Source: an uncultured archaeon
GTDB lineage: Archaea; Asgardarchaeota; Jordiarchaeia; Jordiarchaeales; Jordiarchaeaceae
NCBI GenBank assembly: GCA_964510585.1
Contig: CAZECW010000150.1
Location: forward strand, 1-32,000
DNA: 32,000 nucleotides
Direction: 5' to 3'
Part shown: positions 9,888-20,054 of the stretch, one piece after another
How positions within the stretch are numbered: position 1 is the first letter of the stretch
Layout of the letters: each line of letters opens with the position of its first letter
Notes under the pieces: model-generated
The model's input: the letters and a program-made list of their open reading frames with translations, nothing else
Told to the model about the DNA's origin: nothing
The model's database searches: none
Translations under genes and position numbers: made by a program

Positions 9888-10442
9888 CAGGGTAAAACTA
9901 ACCATCCAAACCCTTAAAAAACCATCTCCAATAAAGCTGAAGTTACTTGAAGCACTGATAATAGCAACCAACCTAGTATGATGAATGAATCCAAAATTTA
10001 TCTTTTTACTTTATTTTTATTGACGATGTTAAATTAGGAAATTTCCGTTTTCGGCTTTTAAAAAAGCGAAAAATTAATTTCCCTCACTTGAAAAAATTTT
10101 GAAGAACTAAATTGCAACTGAAAAAAACGTTGTCAAGCTTATTAAAATATCGTTAAGGGTGTAATAGAACTTAAAATTTGCTACTATTTCAAGGAAATTA
10201 TACGGTGAACTTGTTTTGAATCTTTCATAATTGCTACGGGCACTTGTCATAATAGTCTATGCACAAAAGCAGAACTATGAAGTTCTCCTCTCAAAAATGA
10301 GATACTTAAGATGGGGGTCAATCCTATAATAATTTTTAAATATTTGAAGAAAAATGAATATATTAACTATACTTTGATACATTTTTATAAGCACTTCAGT
10401 TTGAAAGGCAACGTGTATGTTTAGATAATTGGAGGGAAACAA

Positions 10443-11393
10443 ATGCGTTCAGAAAAAGAAAGTGCAGAATTATTAGAGAAAACAAAGGAAAAAAAGGTAA
10501 TCGAAACCGTTATAGTGAAAGAAGCCGAACCTAGAGCAGCCTTAGATAAGACTAAAATGGCTCCCGAACCTGTGGAAGTCACATATGTTAGGGGAAGACT
10601 GTTGGGTAAGGTTGCCTTGGTGACAGGGGGCAGTGTAGGGATTGGACAGGGAATAGCCCTGCGTTTTGCCCGTGAAGGAGCGAAGGTCTGCTTGACCTAT
10701 AACACACACAGGGACGAGGCGAGAAAAACTGTTAATGAGATTAAGGATTTCGGCGGAGAAGCAATGTATACACAATGCGATGTTAGGAACAGCGAACGCA
10801 TTTTTAAGGTTGTGGAAGAAACCGAGGCCAATTTTGGAAGCGTAGACATCCTCGTGAACAACGCAGGGATAATGGAGCCATATTTTCTTGTTGACATACC
10901 TTTAGAAAAATGGCAAGACATGTTCAGAGTTCATGTTGAAGCCACATTCTTATTCTGCAAAGCCGTCCTCAAAAATATGAAGGAAGGCGGGAGAATAATC
11001 AATATGTCTTCAATCTCGGGAATCAATGGAGATGTGTTCCTGTCTCATTACAGTGCAGCGAAAGCTGCTGTAGTAGCACTTACAAAATCTCTAGCAATGG
11101 AGGTGGCACACAGGAAAATCACTGTGAATGCAATTGCGCCCGGAATGATACGCACACCCTTATCAAAACCCTTAGAGGCGGCTTTACCAGATCTCTGGAA
11201 AAATATACCTGCCAGAAGGTGGGGCGAAGTAGAAGATGTAGCGGAGGTTGCAGCCTTCCTAGCATCGCCAGGGGCGAGCTATGTAACGGGCCAGGTAATC
11301 GTTGTGGATGGAGGATTCAGCATAACGAAAGCTGGATATGCAATGCCAGATATACTGGCGGACTCTAGAGGTATATTAGACATAAAGCAATGA
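10443..11393 (+). CDS. Short-chain dehydrogenase/reductase (FabG-like) with a ~50 aa N-terminal extension
   Basis: TGGSVGIG, LVNNAG, NMSS, YSAAK, VNAIAPG, VTGQVIVVDGG; SD GGAGG. Confidence 0.93.
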   Translation: MRSEKESAELLEKTKEKKVIETVIVKEAEPRAALDKTKMAPEPVEVTYVRGRLLGKVALVTGGSVGIGQGIALRFAREGAKVCLTYNTHRDEARKTVNEIKDFGGEAMYTQCDVRNSERIFKVVEETEANFGSVDILVNNAGIMEPYFLVDIPLEKWQDMFRVHVEATFLFCKAVLKNMKEGGRIINMSSISGINGDVFLSHYSAAKAAVVALTKSLAMEVAHRKITVNAIAPGMIRTPLSKPLEAALPDLWKNIPARRWGEVEDVAEVAAFLASPGASYVTGQVIVVDGGFSITKAGYAMPDILADSRGILDIKQ

Positions 11394-13145
11394 TTGCCCT
11401 CTTAGGAGAAGTACAGTCATTTTATTTTTTCCATTATTTTAACATATGTTTTGTAGTGCTCGTCGAGATAATTTGACCCACATAGTTCTGAGAGTTCCTA
11501 GAAAACATTAACTTTGGTAACATAGTCAATGCTTTCTTGTTTGACGCCAATTGCTGGCGGAGGGTTAACTCTATGCCCTCTAGCCCGCGGCTCATCTCCG
11601 CGGCATCCACCGCCGAGCAACATGCTCAACCCCGGGTGGGATAGGATGTAGACAATGCCCTGCGTCGTCGATCCTCAGCTCCGAGGTAGCAGCGGTGTGG
11701 GGTGCGACCCACTTGTCAACGGCATTGACTCCTCCAACATCTCCGCCCGACATCCTTCCATCGGTGCCGGAGCGGGGCATCAGGAGTTCGTGCCGGTGCC
11801 CGTGAAATGACGAAACAATTTTTTGCACATGCGCTTCCTTTTTTGTGTCTGCTCAAGCTGCTTGAGCATTTAGCCTTTCACCGTAGCCGAGCGCACCCCC
11901 CAGCACAAAAGCGGCAGGCTGATGATCGTTGAAGTGCGAGAATTGTTTGCCTGTGGACACGGAGGACCTTCGCGGCTTTACCAGTTGACCACATTTTTTC
12001 TTCCATTCACTCCACGCAATTAAAAGTTTTTATTATCTATAAAGATAACAATTCAAGCCAACTGTTGACAAGACCAGCAATGCTTGTAATCTTTGTGCGA
12101 AAACAAATATGTAAGAAATATCATGTATTTGGGGCATCAAGAGAAAATTCGCAGTCATCAAGGCGGCACCGAAGTATGTCCAATTTAACATCTTAGACTG
12201 CAAACCTTACTAGGTTCCCATCAAGTAAGAAGAACCTAATTCTTCTATATTCCCAACAGAATCTGCGGGATCTACATGTTTTTCTTCGACTATTGAAATT
12301 CTCAAGAGTCACTACTATAAGCCCAGATCCTCATTTCTCCCTATCCGTTATGATTGGAATCAGAAACCCACACTAGAATGGTATAACCTTAAATAAGCTA
12401 AGTAAAAATTTAATGGATGGTGTGGAATTAGTTTTTTAGTTGCGCATATTGAGTAGTGTGATGAGAGAAATAGTGATGGAATGAAGAGGAGGGTAAGGAG
12501 AAACCGATGAGTAAGAGGCGAAAGTGATTTTTGAACTGACCTGAGCTCCTAAGTAAACCCTGAACCAAACTCTAACTATTTGGGGAGTTGATGAGATCTA
12601 TATCTAAAGTCGCCTTAGAAACTGCATCTTCTCCCAGAGGTGAAATATATAATAAAACCAGAATGGTTTCTGTAAGCACTGAGTATACTATATATTACTT
12701 TTTGGTGTTTATACTTTTGCTTTTTGATGTTGCTTTTGAAAGGGAACACCAGTTCAAATTGTTTTTCGGAGGTTGGAAAATAGGGGCTCTCCAAATGATG
12801 CGGAGCGCCAAAAAACACTCTTGGGAGGGCAAAGGGCTCAACATTCAATTTTCAGGATAATGAGAAAATTGCTACATAGGATAGTAGACTTGATTTTCGT
12901 GAGCTAAATGCAGACGTTTTTCCATTTCTAAAAAAATGTACATTATTTTTTTTAAAAATTAAACATTTTTGCAACATAGTTCTTAGAAAGGGAAAAGGTA
13001 TATAATACTATAATTGAATATATTTAGTGTGCATTAAATCTGAAATGGGAAGCGCAAACATCGCTGAAAGAACATTTTGTAAAAAAAGAGCTACATACTG
13101 AAGACCTTTTCATCAATATCGAAATGATGCGAGGTGTATGGAACA

Positions 13146-13616
13146 ATGTCTTCGAGGTTGGATCCCTTTATTGATGCTCTTATTTTCTGCACCGTTGTAG
13201 GCTCTTTGGATAAGATGGGACTAAACCCAATGTTGTTAGCTCGTCAGGCTGGCAGAGAAATGGAATCCACAATAGGTGCTTCGATTAAACGGCTTTTAGG
13301 TGTAAACCCCCCATCAACATTGGAAGAGCACTGCAAGATATCTGAAGCGTTTTTTAAACCCGCCCAGACAGCAGACCCTGATAAGACCAAAGTCTCGTGC
13401 TCGGGTAATGTTATCATCATGGAGATAGTTGACTGCGCATACCTAACCCAAGCTGAGTTGGGAAGAAGCTTAGGATACAACGCCTGCCCACTATGCATTC
13501 AAGCCTTCTGCGAATCTGCCTTAACCAAAGCTGTAAATATAGCTGAGATTGAAAGTTTCCAGGTGGAACGCAATAAGGACACTTGCACCGTTAAAATAAA
13601 ACTGTTAGAAAAATAA
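13146..13616 (+). CDS. Small Cys-rich protein, V4R/MetOD1-like fold candidate (paralog 1)
   Basis: ATG after GAGGTG; MEIVDCAY, CPLC and C-terminal DTCTVKIKL; clearly paralogous to the next gene; fold assignment is inference. Confidence 0.6.
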   Translation: MSSRLDPFIDALIFCTVVGSLDKMGLNPMLLARQAGREMESTIGASIKRLLGVNPPSTLEEHCKISEAFFKPAQTADPDKTKVSCSGNVIIMEIVDCAYLTQAELGRSLGYNACPLCIQAFCESALTKAVNIAEIESFQVERNKDTCTVKIKLLEK

Positions 13617-13640
13617 AATAGTTGCGAGGTGTACAACATA

Positions 13641-14099
13641 ATGCGCGAAGTAGATCCAAGCTACAACGCCCTAATTTTATCCACCCTATTCCGTGCTTTA
13701 GACAGGGTTGGTATGAATCCCATGTTAATAGCCCGCAATGCTTCCGAGTTGTTATCTAAACTGTTTGAAGGCCCAGCCAAACAGATTTTTTGTGGAAGGC
13801 TGCCATCAACTGTGGAAGAGCTCTTAACTCAAATTGAAAAGCTAGGAATCAGCAGAGCACAAGAAAAGTCTGAACATTCTTTCTCCAACGGCGTTATAAC
13901 AATGAAGACTGTTGATTGCATATACCTACCCCTAAATGCCGTGGGAAAGAACATGGGATACAGGGGTTGTCCAATGTGTGTCCAAACTCTCCTACTAGCT
14001 GGTTCACTTAAAGCCCTAAATCTGGGTGAGGCTAAAGACATTCGCCTAGAAAACAACGAAAACACTTGCGTCCTAAAACTAGAAATGACAGAAAAATAA
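13641..14099 (+). CDS. Small Cys-rich protein, V4R/MetOD1-like fold candidate (paralog 2)
   Basis: ATG after GAGGTG; MKTVDCIY, CPMC, NTCVLKLEM; shares GxNPMLxAR and PSTxEE with paralog 1. Confidence 0.6.
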   Translation: MREVDPSYNALILSTLFRALDRVGMNPMLIARNASELLSKLFEGPAKQIFCGRLPSTVEELLTQIEKLGISRAQEKSEHSFSNGVITMKTVDCIYLPLNAVGKNMGYRGCPMCVQTLLLAGSLKALNLGEAKDIRLENNENTCVLKLEMTEK

Positions 14100-14439
14100 T
14101 CCACACCACATACCTTAAGGCAAAAACACTCTTCAAAATTACGAAACGTCTCAACATTTCCCTTTTTAGCTAGGAAAAAAGAAATAAGAGGACTAACAGG
14201 ATAACGAACCCAAAAATGCTCCAATCTTTACCTTTTTTTACTCCCATTTTCTAAAAAAGGGTGACTGCCCTATATGCCCCTTATTCATCTGAAATAAAGG
14301 TTTACCTTTTCTCTGCCACCATTAACTAGGCAAGAGGGAATCTTTAGGACACACAAGACTGTGGACATCTTCGTCGTGGAAAATAGTCAAAACTCCTTTA
14401 CACTACAAAGGCTTTTGCGCTTGTACTATTCCCCCTTTT

Positions 14440-15477
14440 TCAGGTTATGGTTTTGAGTGTCTCTGTAAGTAGCTTTATAGTGTTTTCCACATCCCTCAGA
14501 TCCACCACCTCTACTGGTGAGTGGGTGTATCTTAAGGGTACACACAGGGGGCAGGTGGCGACTCCTTCGCGGGCGAGCTGTACTGCAGCTCCGTCTGTGG
14601 AGCCCATAGCTACTGCCAGTTGGTAGGGGATGTTCATTTTTTCAGCGGTTTCAATTAGCATTTCTCTGGGCTGCCTATCTGAAACGAATCTCACGTCCAC
14701 TGCTCGGATTACTGGCCCTTTTCCTAATTCTATGGTTGTAGTGTAGGGCTTTACTCCCGGGAAATCTGCTGCGCCTGTGGTATCTATCGGGAATGCGATT
14801 TCTGGCTTTAGGCTGTAGGCAGATACCGTAGCTCCTCTTAGTCCTCTTTCTTCTTCTACAGTGAAGGAGTAAAGTAAGTCTGCTGCGATTTCTTGGTCTT
14901 TTAGTCTCTTTATGCATTCTATTGCCACGAGGCAGCCTATCCTGTCATCGAAGGCTTTACCACAGATGCGGCTTCCTAAAAGTTCATCTAGGCCTCTGTG
15001 GAGAGTTATTGGGTCAACCACTCTCACTCCTGCTTCCATGGCCTCTTCCCTGCTTGATGCGCCGATGTCGATGAACAAGTTTTCAGCTGGAATCACCTTA
15101 TCTCGCTCCTTATCGGTGGTGAAGTGTGGTGGGATGATGCCTATGCTGCCTTTAATTTTTCCTTTTCTTGTGTGAATGATGACTCTCTGCGCCGGAAGAA
15201 CTCTGTTATCTATTCCCCCCAAAACTTCAAATCTTATAAACCCCTTATCATCAATGGCTTTTACGACGAGCCCCACTTCGTCCATATGTGCGTCAACTAG
15301 AACCCTTGCGGCTCCCTTTCCCTGAACTTGGGCTAAAACGTTTCCCAGTCGGTCAACCTTAACCTCATCTACATAGTCCTCAATTTTGGAAACAATAAGT
15401 TGAGCTATTTCTGTTTCAAAACCGGAAACTCCAGGGGTAGATATTAATTCTTTTATTAGTGGAATCAATTCACTCAT
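14440..15477 (-). CDS. M42 family (TET-like) metallo-aminopeptidase
   Basis: PGVSGFE, DAHMDEVG, GKAFDDRIG, TVEEERGLRGA, GSTDG, RYTHSPVE. Confidence 0.95.
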   Translation of the reverse strand: MSELIPLIKELISTPGVSGFETEIAQLIVSKIEDYVDEVKVDRLGNVLAQVQGKGAARVLVDAHMDEVGLVVKAIDDKGFIRFEVLGGIDNRVLPAQRVIIHTRKGKIKGSIGIIPPHFTTDKERDKVIPAENLFIDIGASSREEAMEAGVRVVDPITLHRGLDELLGSRICGKAFDDRIGCLVAIECIKRLKDQEIAADLLYSFTVEEERGLRGATVSAYSLKPEIAFPIDTTGAADFPGVKPYTTTIELGKGPVIRAVDVRFVSDRQPREMLIETAEKMNIPYQLAVAMGSTDGAAVQLAREGVATCPLCVPLRYTHSPVEVVDLRDVENTIKLLTETLKTIT

Positions 15478-15635
15478 TTACTATTCCTCTCATACGATGT
15501 GCTTAACCTATTTAAATCGGGACTCACACATTTATAGATTGTTTTCCACTTCATAATAAGAATATTTGAAGGCTCTCTATTTTCTTATCTATAACAAATT
15601 TAACTAAGTGGGCTGCTCCAAAAGAAAGAGTTTTA

Positions 15636-16469
15636 ATGACGGTATGTGGAGTATTCTTAGGGATTATTATGGGAGATGGTAGAAGTTCTGGAGCGGGATT
15701 GGTGCTCTGTTTAACCATTTTGGGATTTGCAGTGTGTTTACTTTTTGCCCTCTGGCCGCTGGCATTTATCATACTCTTTTTGGGACTGGTTACCTTCTGC
15801 GCCTTGGAATCTAGTAGAAAAGGAACAGTGCCAAGAACACCACAGGATACAAGGCCGAGGAGGTACGAAGTAAGAACTCCACCCACCCCCACCACTGAGG
15901 AATATCGCCGCCCCTATTTTAGGGAAACTCCCGAAAAACCACAAGTAAAAGTTCCAGTGAAGTATGATGAAGAAGTAACCGCATATGACAGGGCGATTGA
16001 AAGAGCCCCGGAGGCAGAGACCGTTGACCTTAGTAGAAAAGGGGTATATCGTTGGGGGGAGCTGGAAAAAGCCGAGACTTCGACTTTAAGTGAGACTGCT
16101 CTGAGGGGAGAGCCTCCTTATGGGGGAGCCGAGGAAGAAAGCGATTTGTATGGATTAAAAGAAAAATTGGAAAGCACCAAAGCCAAATATAGGTCAATGA
16201 GCTACGGAACCGAAGCGGCAGAAAAAGCTAAAAAAGAAGTCAAAATGCCATCCGTTCCAGAGAAGACACAGGAACAAGAAGATTTAGAGAGTCAAGAGGA
16301 GGCAAACCGAATCCTACTGGAAGAATTGAAAAAACGTTGGATGTCTGGAAAAATAGATGTTGCTATGTACAATAAACTCAAAGAGAAGTACGAAAAGAAA
16401 ATCGCAGAAATAGAAAAACAGAAGAAAAAAATAGCAAAAAACAGCTCAACACAAGCCAGCACAAAGTAA
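15636..16469 (+). CDS. Hypothetical membrane protein with a charged low-complexity linker and a C-terminal SHOCT-like helix
   Basis: Hydrophobic segment at about aa 20-57; LEELKKRWMSGKIDVAMYNKLKEKY resembles SHOCT. Confidence 0.65.
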   Translation: MTVCGVFLGIIMGDGRSSGAGLVLCLTILGFAVCLLFALWPLAFIILFLGLVTFCALESSRKGTVPRTPQDTRPRRYEVRTPPTPTTEEYRRPYFRETPEKPQVKVPVKYDEEVTAYDRAIERAPEAETVDLSRKGVYRWGELEKAETSTLSETALRGEPPYGGAEEESDLYGLKEKLESTKAKYRSMSYGTEAAEKAKKEVKMPSVPEKTQEQEDLESQEEANRILLEELKKRWMSGKIDVAMYNKLKEKYEKKIAEIEKQKKKIAKNSSTQASTK

Positions 16470-16708
16470 ATATTTTTATGGATTTCTGGTGCAACAAACT
16501 CTTCAGATTAACTGCCAAAATTAGGCCCTGAACTTGAGGCTTTAATACCTACCTTAAAGGACACCCCTAACCAAAAAGTACGCATCCAACAGAGAAACGT
16601 ACCCACTAAAAATTGCTATAAACATAATCAAACCGTAAAGAATTGGCCCCGTCTAGTCGTGCCAGTTTACATCAATCCTAAAACTTTTGCTGAAACTTGG
16701 TGAAAAGA

Positions 16709-16715
16709 TTATAAA
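16709..16715 (+). promoter_or_regulatory. Candidate BRE/TATA for the thiolase operon
   Basis: GAAAAGA followed by TTATAAA about 60 nt upstream of ATG 16774. Confidence 0.45.
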
Positions 16716-16773
16716 CCTGATGTTTATACTGATAAAGCCGTCCTAAATAAGTTTAATAGTGGTGCGATAAAAA

Positions 16774-18027
16774 ATGGGCAAACTGGCAAGAGGAGTAGCG
16801 CTCATAGGAGCGGGAATGTCAAAATTTGGAGCATTCCCCGATAAAACTGGAAGAGAACTATTCGTAGAAGCATACATTGATGCACTAAACTCCGTAGACA
16901 AAGGAATAGATAACAAGGATATAGAGGCCATGTTCCTAGGAAATTTCTCAAGCGACATCTTTGAGGGGCAGGGACATAACGGCCCACTGATGGCTGACTG
17001 GGTAGGCTTAACACCCAAACCCGTAACCAGAACAGAGGGAGCCTGCGCCAGCAGCGGCATCGCCATAAGAGCTGGAATACTGGCTATCGCCTCTGGATTA
17101 CATGACGTGGTGTGTGTTTCTGGGATGGAAAAAATGACCGATCTTCCGACTTCTAGGGTAACTGACGCACTTGCTGCGGCTAGCGATGTTTCATACGAGT
17201 TTCCAGCAGGAGCCACCTTCCCGGGACTATACGCAGCCATAGCCACAGCACACATGAAAAAGTACGGGACAACCATAAGACAACTTCGAATGGTGGGCAT
17301 TAAAAACCACAACAACGGAAAACTAAACCCCAAAGCGCAGTTCCCCATTACCATAAAGGAGCTAATGGAAAGGAGAATAGCGAAATTAAAAGAGAAGGGG
17401 GAGCCTGTCCCCTCTTGGAGGGACGAAATGGACTTCCTTGAAGACCCTGTTTCAAACCCCATAGTAGCATGGCCACTAAGACTCTATGACTGTTCACCTA
17501 TAACTGATGGCGCGGCAGTATTATTCCTAGCTGCCGAGGAAGTGGCCAAAAAATTCACCGATACTCCCATACATATAATAGGCACAGGTCAAGGAAGCGC
17601 TCCATTCGCCCTACACAACAGGCCAGACATCACATCCCTAATTTCAGCTAGGGAAGCGGCAAAGATGGCATACAAGATGGCTGGAGTGGACCCCAAAGAT
17701 ATACAGGTGGCTGAAGTTCATGATTGTTTCACAATTGCAGAAATAGTGGCAACCGAAGACCTGGGATTCTTTAAACCAGGCGAAGGTGGAAAAGCCGCTG
17801 AGGAGGGGTTAACAGCACGCGACGGAGAAAAACCCATAAACACCTCTGGGGGACTAAAATCTAAAGGGCATCCTGTAGGTGCAAGTGGGGCGGCTCAAGC
17901 TGTCGAGATTTGGAAGCAGCTCCGGGGCGAAGCGGGTCCAAGACAAGTTCCCGGTGTAGAGCTAGGGCTTACCCACAATGTGGGTGGAACTGGAGCCACC
18001 TGTGCGGTGCATATTTACAGGAGGTAA
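16774..18027 (+). CDS. Archaeal/SCP2-type thiolase (acetyl-CoA C-acyltransferase)
   Basis: EGACASSG, DCSPITDGAA, EVHDCFT, SGGLKSKGHPVGASG, HNVGG. Confidence 0.95.
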   Translation: MGKLARGVALIGAGMSKFGAFPDKTGRELFVEAYIDALNSVDKGIDNKDIEAMFLGNFSSDIFEGQGHNGPLMADWVGLTPKPVTRTEGACASSGIAIRAGILAIASGLHDVVCVSGMEKMTDLPTSRVTDALAAASDVSYEFPAGATFPGLYAAIATAHMKKYGTTIRQLRMVGIKNHNNGKLNPKAQFPITIKELMERRIAKLKEKGEPVPSWRDEMDFLEDPVSNPIVAWPLRLYDCSPITDGAAVLFLAAEEVAKKFTDTPIHIIGTGQGSAPFALHNRPDITSLISAREAAKMAYKMAGVDPKDIQVAEVHDCFTIAEIVATEDLGFFKPGEGGKAAEEGLTARDGEKPINTSGGLKSKGHPVGASGAAQAVEIWKQLRGEAGPRQVPGVELGLTHNVGGTGATCAVHIYRR

Positions 18028-18031
18028 AAAA

Positions 18032-18433
18032 ATGTTGGTTCCCGAGGCTTCTGTAAAATCGTTTTACAATTTTCTCAAAGAAAAGAAAATTATGGGTACC
18101 AAGTGCAAGGACTGCGGTGAAGTATACCTGCCCCCCAGACCATTATGTCCCAAGTGCATAAAGTCAAATCTGGAGTGGGTGGAACTTGAGGGCAAAGGGA
18201 AACTAGTGGCCTTTACCTCAATAGCTGTGGCTCCAACACACATGCTGAATGCAGGGCACTCAAGAGACAACCCATACGTGTACGGCGTGGTCAAACTGGA
18301 TTCTGGACCGAGCATAAGTGGACTCATTCTTGTGGACGCTAAGAACCCAGAAAAAATAGAAATAGGTACCCGAGTCACTGCAGAATTCGTTAAGAGAGAC
18401 GATAGGGTGATTTTAGGATTTAAACCCCCTTAA
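18032..18433 (+). CDS. DUF35 Zn-ribbon/OB-fold thiolase partner
   Basis: CKDCG...PPRPLCPKC, GKGKLVAFT, PYVYGVVKL; ATG 18032 after AGGAGGT. Confidence 0.93.
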   Translation: MLVPEASVKSFYNFLKEKKIMGTKCKDCGEVYLPPRPLCPKCIKSNLEWVELEGKGKLVAFTSIAVAPTHMLNAGHSRDNPYVYGVVKLDSGPSISGLILVDAKNPEKIEIGTRVTAEFVKRDDRVILGFKPP

Positions 18434-18678
18434 ACCTCTTTCCTTTCTATTTATTTTTCTTCGGGTTAACGTTTGTTGGAGTGTAAATAGTTTAAAGTCA
18501 GCTCACATTGAATTCTTCAGTAAAGTTTATAATGAAATCAAGCTTCACTTCTTTGTTTATGCTTAAAAATTTTTGCAGATTAAATATATAATATAGAGTT
18601 TCAAAACTTGTGAAGAATACATTCGAACAGTATTTGTACAATTAACCTTCAAACGCGGCTTAGAGGTGTGATTTAAAA

Positions 18679-19836
18679 ATGAATTTTGACCTAACCGAAG
18701 AACAGGAAATGATAAGGCAGACTGTTCAGGAATTTGCTCAAAAGGAACTAATACCTAAAGTCAACGAAGCAGAAGAAAAGGGTGAATTTCCTAGGGAAGT
18801 CATAAAAAAGGCGGCAGACCTAGGCTTCCTAGGAGCAACAATACCCCCCGAATACGGAGGGTCGGGAGTAGACAGTATTAGCGCAGCAATCCTCATAGAG
18901 GAGCTCTCCCGCGCATGGACTTCCATCGGAACAATAGTTCACGTTCACAACTCGGTATGCTGCTGGCCAATTAACCACTTCGGCACAGAGGAACAGAAAA
19001 AAAGGTATCTCCCAAAACTTGCCAAAGGGGAAATCATTGGAGCATTCAGCCTAACTGAGCCGGAAGCTGGTAGTGATGCTTCAAACGTAAAAACCACAGC
19101 AGTACTTGATGGAGATGAGTGGGTTATAAATGGCTCCAAACAGTGGATAACAAATGGACTGGTGGCTGGAGTCTTCCTAGTCTTCGCAGTAACAGACGGT
19201 GCAACCGGTGATCCAAAGAGGAAACCCATAAGCGTTCTGATAGTTGATAGGAATACCCCAGGGCTCAAGATTGGCAAGCCCGAGAGAAAGATGGGAATAC
19301 ACTGCTCTGAGACCGCCAAGTCTCTTACCTTCGAAGACTGTAGAATACCAAAAGAGAATGTACTAGGCAAAGTGGGTGAAGGATACAGGGTGGGCATGAT
19401 CACACTTGACCAAGCCAGAATCGGCATCGCTGCTCAAGGTGTAGGGGTAGCCCAAGCAGCCCTTGATGAGGCTCTAAAATACTCTCAGCAGAGGGTTCAA
19501 TTCGGCCAACCCATAGCAAGATTCCAAGCCATACAATGGATGCTGGCTGAGATGGCCACAGAAATAGAAGCAGCACGCCTACTGACCTACAAAGCAGCTT
19601 ACCTCAAGGACAAGGGCGAAAGAATTTCTATGGAGGCAGCTATGGCAAAACTTGCAGGAGGAGAAATCGCCATGAAAGCCGCAAATATGGCCCTACAAAT
19701 TCACGGCGGATTCGGATACGTCAAAGACTACCCAATTGAGAGAATCTTCAGAGACGCAAAAATAATAGGAATATACGAAGGCACTAACGAAATACAAAAA
19801 TTAAGAATTGCCGGCGAACTACTAAAGGGTAAATGA
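18679..19836 (+). CDS. Acyl-CoA dehydrogenase (short-chain/butyryl-CoA type)
   Basis: FSLTEPEAGSDA, NGSKQWITNG, RVQFGQPI, QIHGGFGY, IYEGTNEIQ. Confidence 0.96.
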   Translation: MNFDLTEEQEMIRQTVQEFAQKELIPKVNEAEEKGEFPREVIKKAADLGFLGATIPPEYGGSGVDSISAAILIEELSRAWTSIGTIVHVHNSVCCWPINHFGTEEQKKRYLPKLAKGEIIGAFSLTEPEAGSDASNVKTTAVLDGDEWVINGSKQWITNGLVAGVFLVFAVTDGATGDPKRKPISVLIVDRNTPGLKIGKPERKMGIHCSETAKSLTFEDCRIPKENVLGKVGEGYRVGMITLDQARIGIAAQGVGVAQAALDEALKYSQQRVQFGQPIARFQAIQWMLAEMATEIEAARLLTYKAAYLKDKGERISMEAAMAKLAGGEIAMKAANMALQIHGGFGYVKDYPIERIFRDAKIIGIYEGTNEIQKLRIAGELLKGK

Positions 19837-19870
19837 TAAACATTACCCTTATCTAAAATGAACTAGGAAT

Positions 19871-19893
19871 GGGAAAAATGTCAATTTTTTCCC
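19871..19893. terminator. Inverted repeat between the convergent acyl-CoA dehydrogenase and etfA genes
   Basis: GGGAAAAA-tgtcaat-TTTTTCCC. Confidence 0.35.
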
Positions 19894-20054
19894 GCATTTC
19901 CTCGCAACAAATTCCTAATTTTTTTCAGAATCGTTGCCATGAAAATATATTTCCATATTTATATCCGAAACGCTTCTAACATATGGGGGTTGTGGAAAAA
20001 GCCCCCCCAACTTAAAGTCGTAGAGAGTGCTAATAACCAACAAAACCAGAATTT

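Noticed and set aside
10037..10082. Imperfect AT-rich inverted repeat (GGAAATT...AATTTCC)
   Set aside because: Low complexity and no second copy, so it cannot be called a MITE or terminator
12504..12524. Hammerhead-like CCGATGAG...CGAAAG
   Set aside because: The core is CCGA rather than CUGA, and stems I and III cannot be formed
12588..12860. Short overlapping ORFs on both strands
   Set aside because: No motifs; probably spurious or decayed
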